Below, in pieces: positions 62,367 through 64,000 of a DNA stretch of 64,000 bases (positions within the stretch are counted from its first letter, which is position 1; each line of letters opens with the position of its first letter). This stretch comes from Balanoglossus misakiensis. Lineage: Eukaryota; Animalia; Hemichordata. Under the pieces are notes generated by a model that was not told where the DNA came from, made no database searches, and saw nothing but the letters and a program-made list of their open reading frames with translations. The stretch is taken from contig CM082593.2 in assembly GCA_040954595.2 (NCBI GenBank), positions 7,476,043 through 7,540,042 on the forward strand. The letters run 5' to 3'. Position numbers and translations under genes: made by a program.

Positions 62367-64000
62367 GTGGGTAAACTGTGTGTTTTGCTTCGATGATGGG
62401 GATATAGTACATGTAATTGATAAAAGAAAGACTTGTATACTGCTGTGATGTGCAGGTGATGTGGAATGGGAGCAGTTTTACGTTACTCGTTACAAATGTT
62501 GATTTACATCGGTTTCCGCTTATCGATATGTAACCTGTAAAAACGTATAAGCCAGAACGAAAGATGAACATGGAAAAAAATCTCCTTTTGTTTTTCTTCT
62601 GGCAACCGACGCAGCAACCTCATAATTTTACGTGTCCTGGTGATCAAGTGGAGATATCTTTTTCTGCGTGACCCCAAGTGAAATGCTGTGATTGGTTAGA
62701 GATCACCTATCCGTGGCTAATGCGGCTAGATTATTTAATGCTTGTATTTTTTAATGTCTGCAGAAATGAAAGCACCCATGGTATGACGCAAATACGCTAT
62801 ATACATTAATTATTCCACTTCCACAATTTTACCTCGCGAACAAAAAAACCCTTAAATTGTTATTATTGGTCTTGGCACGCGTTATTCCAGCCTTTCCAGT
62901 CAAAACGGGAACCTTAGTGAATTTTATAAAATACATAGCTTAGGCTTCTAGTTCAAAACCCGATTGTATCCCGTCTATTCAAATTGGAGTACACAAAATT
63001 AGAATGATTGGTGTGTGATACGTGTATTTTGTTTGAGTTGCGCCACACAGCTCTCAGTATTTCGAGCTGTTGTCAGTTTAACAACAGCATTATCGCCCGA
63101 CACTGAAATTCAGCAGTGTTGGTTCTCCCAGGTACATGTATGTGTGGCGATCGAACAGGAACATCATTGTGGAGGAAAGCGCCCAAACACAGCGTGATTT
63201 ACAACTCCAGGCCGACCAGTCAACTGTGTGAACTTCCCACGCACAACGAGTTATTACCGCAAAACCCAACCACTGACTACATATATATACATTTTAAGAA
63301 TCCAGTATGTTTGACGACTGTTATCAATCCGAGTGACTTGACCATCACCGATTCTTCTGAATCCTTAATGTAATTACCGAAATGGGCGAAGTCAAGACTC
63401 TTTTATTGACCTCGCGCGAACCAGAACGTCTCTCTAGACTCTGACGTTAAAGACGCCGTCCGCCCTACTCTAAGATATTACACCAACTCCTTCACGCAAG
63501 GGATATTTTATGACTGTCACAGTTTCGAACTAGTAAATGGAACAACGATGCTGGCAAGCGTTACTGTGCATGTTTGTCAACATCCATTCTTTGCTATGCA
63601 CATCCAACCAGCCCCGTGTTTACTGCTACGCCGAGCAAATTTGCCTCGAAGAAAAAACTCGAGACGTCATAAATCGTTCCTCGGAGTATACAACGAGTCC
63701 TGTCCATTGTGAGAACGATTCACGACTATTTGGGCCGTCAATGTTGTTGACAGACTCTCATCATAAACCCACATGAGCTTTGGAGTGGCTCTTGATAGCT
63801 CGACCTTTGGATTGCCAGGATTATAAGCGATAACGCCGACTGACGATTTCGGTTGTCTGTTTGATAGGAGACATATTTGTAACCACACGACTGAAGGTCG
63901 CGCATGTCGCCGCGTGCAGTGACTCGTTTGGAAACAAAAGCGATATTCATTTAATTTTTTTCGTCGGAGATGGAAAGTTTAAAAAAATAATCGCTCATTT

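Overview
AT-rich, intron-containing animal genomic DNA, probably from an invertebrate (the taxon is not determinable from the sequence). Bases 1-45 kb hold a tandem cluster of seven complete two-exon IL-17-family cytokine genes (six on -, one on +), plus the probable first exon of an eighth at the left edge. Each has an 8-10-codon first coding exon, a phase-0 intron and a second exon encoding the rest of the signal peptide and a 10-Cys cystine-knot domain. A ~20.5 kb array of an 88-bp satellite, with four internal inversions and higher-order structure, lies between the 3' ends of the convergent genes 4 and 5. After 45 kb there are a palindromic element, a 40-bp minisatellite and two probable exons of a separate + strand gene. 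The main discovery is in the 3'UTRs. They are otherwise unalignable by eye, yet they share an ordered four-part RNA structure with compensatory base changes: a CGCA-AGUAU-UGCG hairpin, a long-range stem, a Roquin ADE-like GUUUUA hexaloop and a CDE/Regnase-1-like UAU triloop. It is complete in six paralogs and truncated in gene 7, and is a candidate post-transcriptional decay module for invertebrate IL-17. The mature-peptide coding regions also show mosaic gene conversion.
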